Shown here: positions 61,433 through 64,000 of the stretch, one piece after another
Numbering within the stretch: the first letter of the stretch is position 1
Layout of the letters: every line of letters begins with the position of its first letter
Assembly: GCA_963817895.1 (NCBI GenBank)
Contig: CAWFQB010000003.1
Location: forward strand, 224,001 to 288,000
Reading direction: 5' to 3'
DNA from: an uncultured Chthonomonadaceae bacterium
Lineage (GTDB): Bacteria > Armatimonadota > Chthonomonadetes > Chthonomonadales > Chthonomonadaceae
DNA: 64,000 nucleotides
Program-made: the position numbers and the translations under genes
Notes under the pieces: generated by a model
What the model was told of the DNA's origin: nothing
What the model saw: only the letters and a program-made list of their open reading frames with translations
The model's database searches: none

Positions 61433-63127
61433 TTATGGCTTGCGCAGAGTTACGTTGGGGGCTACGCTCCATTTGTAAACGTCGCTGGTATTGAGGGGAT
61501 GAATGGCGTATGCGACGCCGGGAACGAGTTTGGCTTTGTCCTCGCGCAGAATGTGGGCGGTGTAGGCTTGAAAGTCGCGCGCCGAATTGTTGAGGTTGCC
61601 GCCATCCAGCGTAAACCGAACGTCGGGATGGCCTGCCGCTTTCAGAACAAAGTCGTGGCCTGCGTGTTTGTAATAGCGGCTCAGTTGGTGGTAAGTACGC
61701 CCCGTCAGCCACTCTTTGATGCCGATGAGGAAATCAACGTCGGGCGGCAGTTGCTCGGCGGCGGGAACATCGGGCGGATTGGTTTTCGCGCCCTTCCAGT
61801 ATACGGCGTTGATAGTTACGGCGCGTAACTCAGGCGCGTCAATCTCAGGATTGGACACACTGCTGTATTTGCCGAAGTGATCCGAAACGGTCAGCAGCGC
61901 GTACGGATTTACCGACGTGAGTCTGGGTTGATTTGCCGGGTAGCGGGCATAGCGCTTGCCCCACGTTTCAGCCAGCGGAAGTTCGCTGATGTCCTTCACG
62001 GTGTAAATGTGGGTCAGCAGGCCGAAATAGTTCTCATCCAGAATGTTCTGGCCCAACGTGTTGTAGTTCAGGCGCACCCACCTGTGACCGACGTACACCT
62101 CATTGAACAGATGATTGGCAAAGCCATGATTTTCCACGCCCGTTTCCAGCGCCAGTTTCGCGCCGTGATGGTGAATGGCGGACACAAATTTATTCACCTG
62201 CGCCGGATCGTTGCCGTCGAGGGGCGGAATACATACCACTATGCGCGTGGGGATGCCGAGCGCGCGGAAAATGGTTGTCAGATACGTGGAGGTGGACGTG
62301 CAGGAGCCATGCGTTTTGTTGTAAAACATGCCCTTGCCCAGCACTTCATTTTGAAACATGGCCTGATCAGTCGTGTTCTTGCTCGGCTTTTGATTGTTGA
62401 AAGCGTCGCGCAGCCCGGGGGCGACGGTGGGAACGCCGTCAGGGTAGGTGACAAACCAGATGGCGAACACGTCGCTGGTTTTAGCGCGGCGCATCGCCCA
62501 ATCGGAAACCCGCTTGACGAGTTCTTTATCCGTGAGTTTATCCGGCTCGATGCCGTCCTGTTTCAACTGTGTCAGCAGGTCGGCGCGCATTTTCGCGTCC
62601 CAATTCGCGGTCGGCGTGGGCTTCAGGTACGCTTCCACGCCCGCGTCGTAATGCTTCCAATCCCGATTTTCGCCAATGGCTTCCCGGTTGGTATTGAGGG
62701 GATAGTACGTTATTTCCAGCGTGTAGGAATCCTTGTCTTCGGCAAGAACGCGAACATCCTGATAATCGTCGTTCATATCGGCGGGGCGACAGGGTTTGAG
62801 AATTTTGAGCGTGGATGTAATCGTATAGGTGAACTCCCGGCGTTGATCGCCCTGCCCATCCGCAATGCCCTTGCCCGCCGTATCCTTTTTGTTCGGGTCG
62901 GTAAAATACTTGTGGATTTCCTGGAAATTGCTCAGGCCGTCCCCATCCGTATCCGCGACGGGCGTGGGCGCAACCTGACGTTTTGCGCCCGTCGCAGGAA
63001 CCTGTTTGTGCTGCGAACGGGCGTATGTAGGCGTACCGATACTGCCCGCCAGCAAAACCGTCAGGCCAAAAAGTCCGCCTTGTAGCGCGTGGCAAGCGTT
63101 GAAGAAGCGAGGTTTGTTGGGGCGCAT
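61433..63127 (-). CDS. Secreted transglutaminase-like domain protein
   Basis: GGAG RBS, signal peptide, DTDGDGLSNFQE Ca-binding-type motif, GSCTS....RALGIPTRIV, HLFNEVYVGHRWVRLN. Confidence 0.8.
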   Translation of the reverse strand: MRPNKPRFFNACHALQGGLFGLTVLLAGSIGTPTYARSQHKQVPATGAKRQVAPTPVADTDGDGLSNFQEIHKYFTDPNKKDTAGKGIADGQGDQRREFTYTITSTLKILKPCRPADMNDDYQDVRVLAEDKDSYTLEITYYPLNTNREAIGENRDWKHYDAGVEAYLKPTPTANWDAKMRADLLTQLKQDGIEPDKLTDKELVKRVSDWAMRRAKTSDVFAIWFVTYPDGVPTVAPGLRDAFNNQKPSKNTTDQAMFQNEVLGKGMFYNKTHGSCTSTSTYLTTIFRALGIPTRIVVCIPPLDGNDPAQVNKFVSAIHHHGAKLALETGVENHGFANHLFNEVYVGHRWVRLNYNTLGQNILDENYFGLLTHIYTVKDISELPLAETWGKRYARYPANQPRLTSVNPYALLTVSDHFGKYSSVSNPEIDAPELRAVTINAVYWKGAKTNPPDVPAAEQLPPDVDFLIGIKEWLTGRTYHQLSRYYKHAGHDFVLKAAGHPDVRFTLDGGNLNNSARDFQAYTAHILREDKAKLVPGVAYAIHPLNTSDVYKWSVAPNVTLRKP

Positions 63128-63282
63128 GATTTCTCCAAAAATGAGCGGAAGCTTGAACGCAATCGTTGGGAATAGCTGATAGTTTGCAGACGCGAAAGCG
63201 GGGCGTGTCGGCGTCAAAATTGTACCCGGATTCTGCTATACTACGAGTGGTAATCACAAGCGGGGGCCTGTAAGGAGCGAGA

Positions 63283-63942
63283 ATGTCGGATACGTCGCAA
63301 GTAGCCAATCCCGGCAGCATACTGGTCGAAGCGGTAGGAGCCTTGGTGGAAAAAGAGGTCAACCGCCTGATGCGCCCCATTGCGGAAGAGTACGGCTGCG
63401 TGTACGCGACGGCAGGCAAACCCGATTTCCGCGCCGGCCGTACAACCAAACTGTTGATGAAGGATGCGGCGGGCAGTCAGTTCCAACTGGCGGCTGTCAT
63501 TGCTTCCCGGCGCTTACAACCCCTCATCCTGATTCATGCCGAATGCGCAGGTAATACGGAACATGCGCAGGACAAAGGGAATGACATAGGGGCGGCGCAT
63601 TACTGTTTGCGCGGCGCTTATCCTACCATTCGCCAATCTATTGCAGTTCTTATCGGAAGTTGGAGCGCGTCTTCAAAAGCCCTGATGCGAAGTTCTGACA
63701 TGCTGCTGTTTGAGATTGGGCTTTCCAAAATCGCATCTGCGCTGGCAGAGTACGGCGTTGAATTTGGCGAGAATAAAAATGAGCGGGAGCGCACAAGGGC
63801 TATGCGGCTACAGTGGCAGGATTTGAGCAATACAGAGTATGATGCTATTGCCCATGCGCTGCTGGAAGATATTGAACCGGAGTTGCGTAAGATGCTGCAA
63901 GTCACGCTGAACAAAAGTGTTCCCCCGCCACGTAAGCGGTAA
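63283..63942 (+). CDS. Hypothetical protein, possibly a restriction-endonuclease-like fold with lost catalytic residues
   Basis: AAGGAG RBS and a clean 219-aa ORF. The strand pattern FQLAAVI...PLILIHAE recalls PD-(D/E)xK cores (from memory, unverified). Confidence 0.55.
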   Translation: MSDTSQVANPGSILVEAVGALVEKEVNRLMRPIAEEYGCVYATAGKPDFRAGRTTKLLMKDAAGSQFQLAAVIASRRLQPLILIHAECAGNTEHAQDKGNDIGAAHYCLRGAYPTIRQSIAVLIGSWSASSKALMRSSDMLLFEIGLSKIASALAEYGVEFGENKNERERTRAMRLQWQDLSNTEYDAIAHALLEDIEPELRKMLQVTLNKSVPPPRKR

Positions 63943-64000
63943 GAAAACTGCTCTCGAAATGGACGTAAACAGCGTCGTCTTGCGCGAATCTTTTAGCAAC

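Noticed and set aside
8981..63449. Long antisense or alternate-frame ORFs (e.g. 8981-10000, 23988-25169, 36773-37984, 39624-40796, 49729-50868, 53442-54503, 58312-59256, 61877-63085)
   Set aside because: They overlap well-supported genes and have no recognisable motifs. Such shadow ORFs are expected in GC-rich DNA.
1..64000. tRNA, rRNA or riboswitch genes
   Set aside because: None recognised by eye in the short intergenic regions. A covariance-model search was not possible.

Overview
GC-rich bacterial DNA. The style of the PEP-CTERM tails suggests Armatimonadota (an inference only). Positions 1-57213 form one co-directional (+ strand) surface-glycan locus that begins before the window. It holds about 23 glycosyltransferase-like genes (6 GT2, about 14 GT4-like, one exostosin/GT47, one unassigned GT-A-like, one YfhO/GT-C), 9 SAM methyltransferases, 5 acyltransferase-3 genes, a Wzt ABC ATPase and three ligase/polymerase-type membrane proteins. 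Embedded at 32.9-44.5 kb is a sorting/export module: PP2C phosphatase, a PEP-CTERM protein behind a sigma54-type promoter, exosortase, EpsI, PpiC/SurA foldase, Wzc, Wza, an O-antigen-ligase-type protein fused to an Ig-like domain, and a second PEP-CTERM protein. A complete IS1-family element (1255 bp, 8-bp target duplication) interrupts the locus. Non-coding features include two long hairpins built from (AGGGAGT)n heptamers and a GTAG-type REP cluster. After the locus come a phosphodiester glycosidase, an ECF sigma / zinc anti-sigma / degenerate PilT-like gene run, a membrane protein, a secreted transglutaminase-like protein and a possibly inactivated nuclease-fold protein. Nine genes carry frameshifts with no in-frame stops seen, which points to assembly indels rather than true decay. 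All calls come from reading motifs by eye; no database searches were run.
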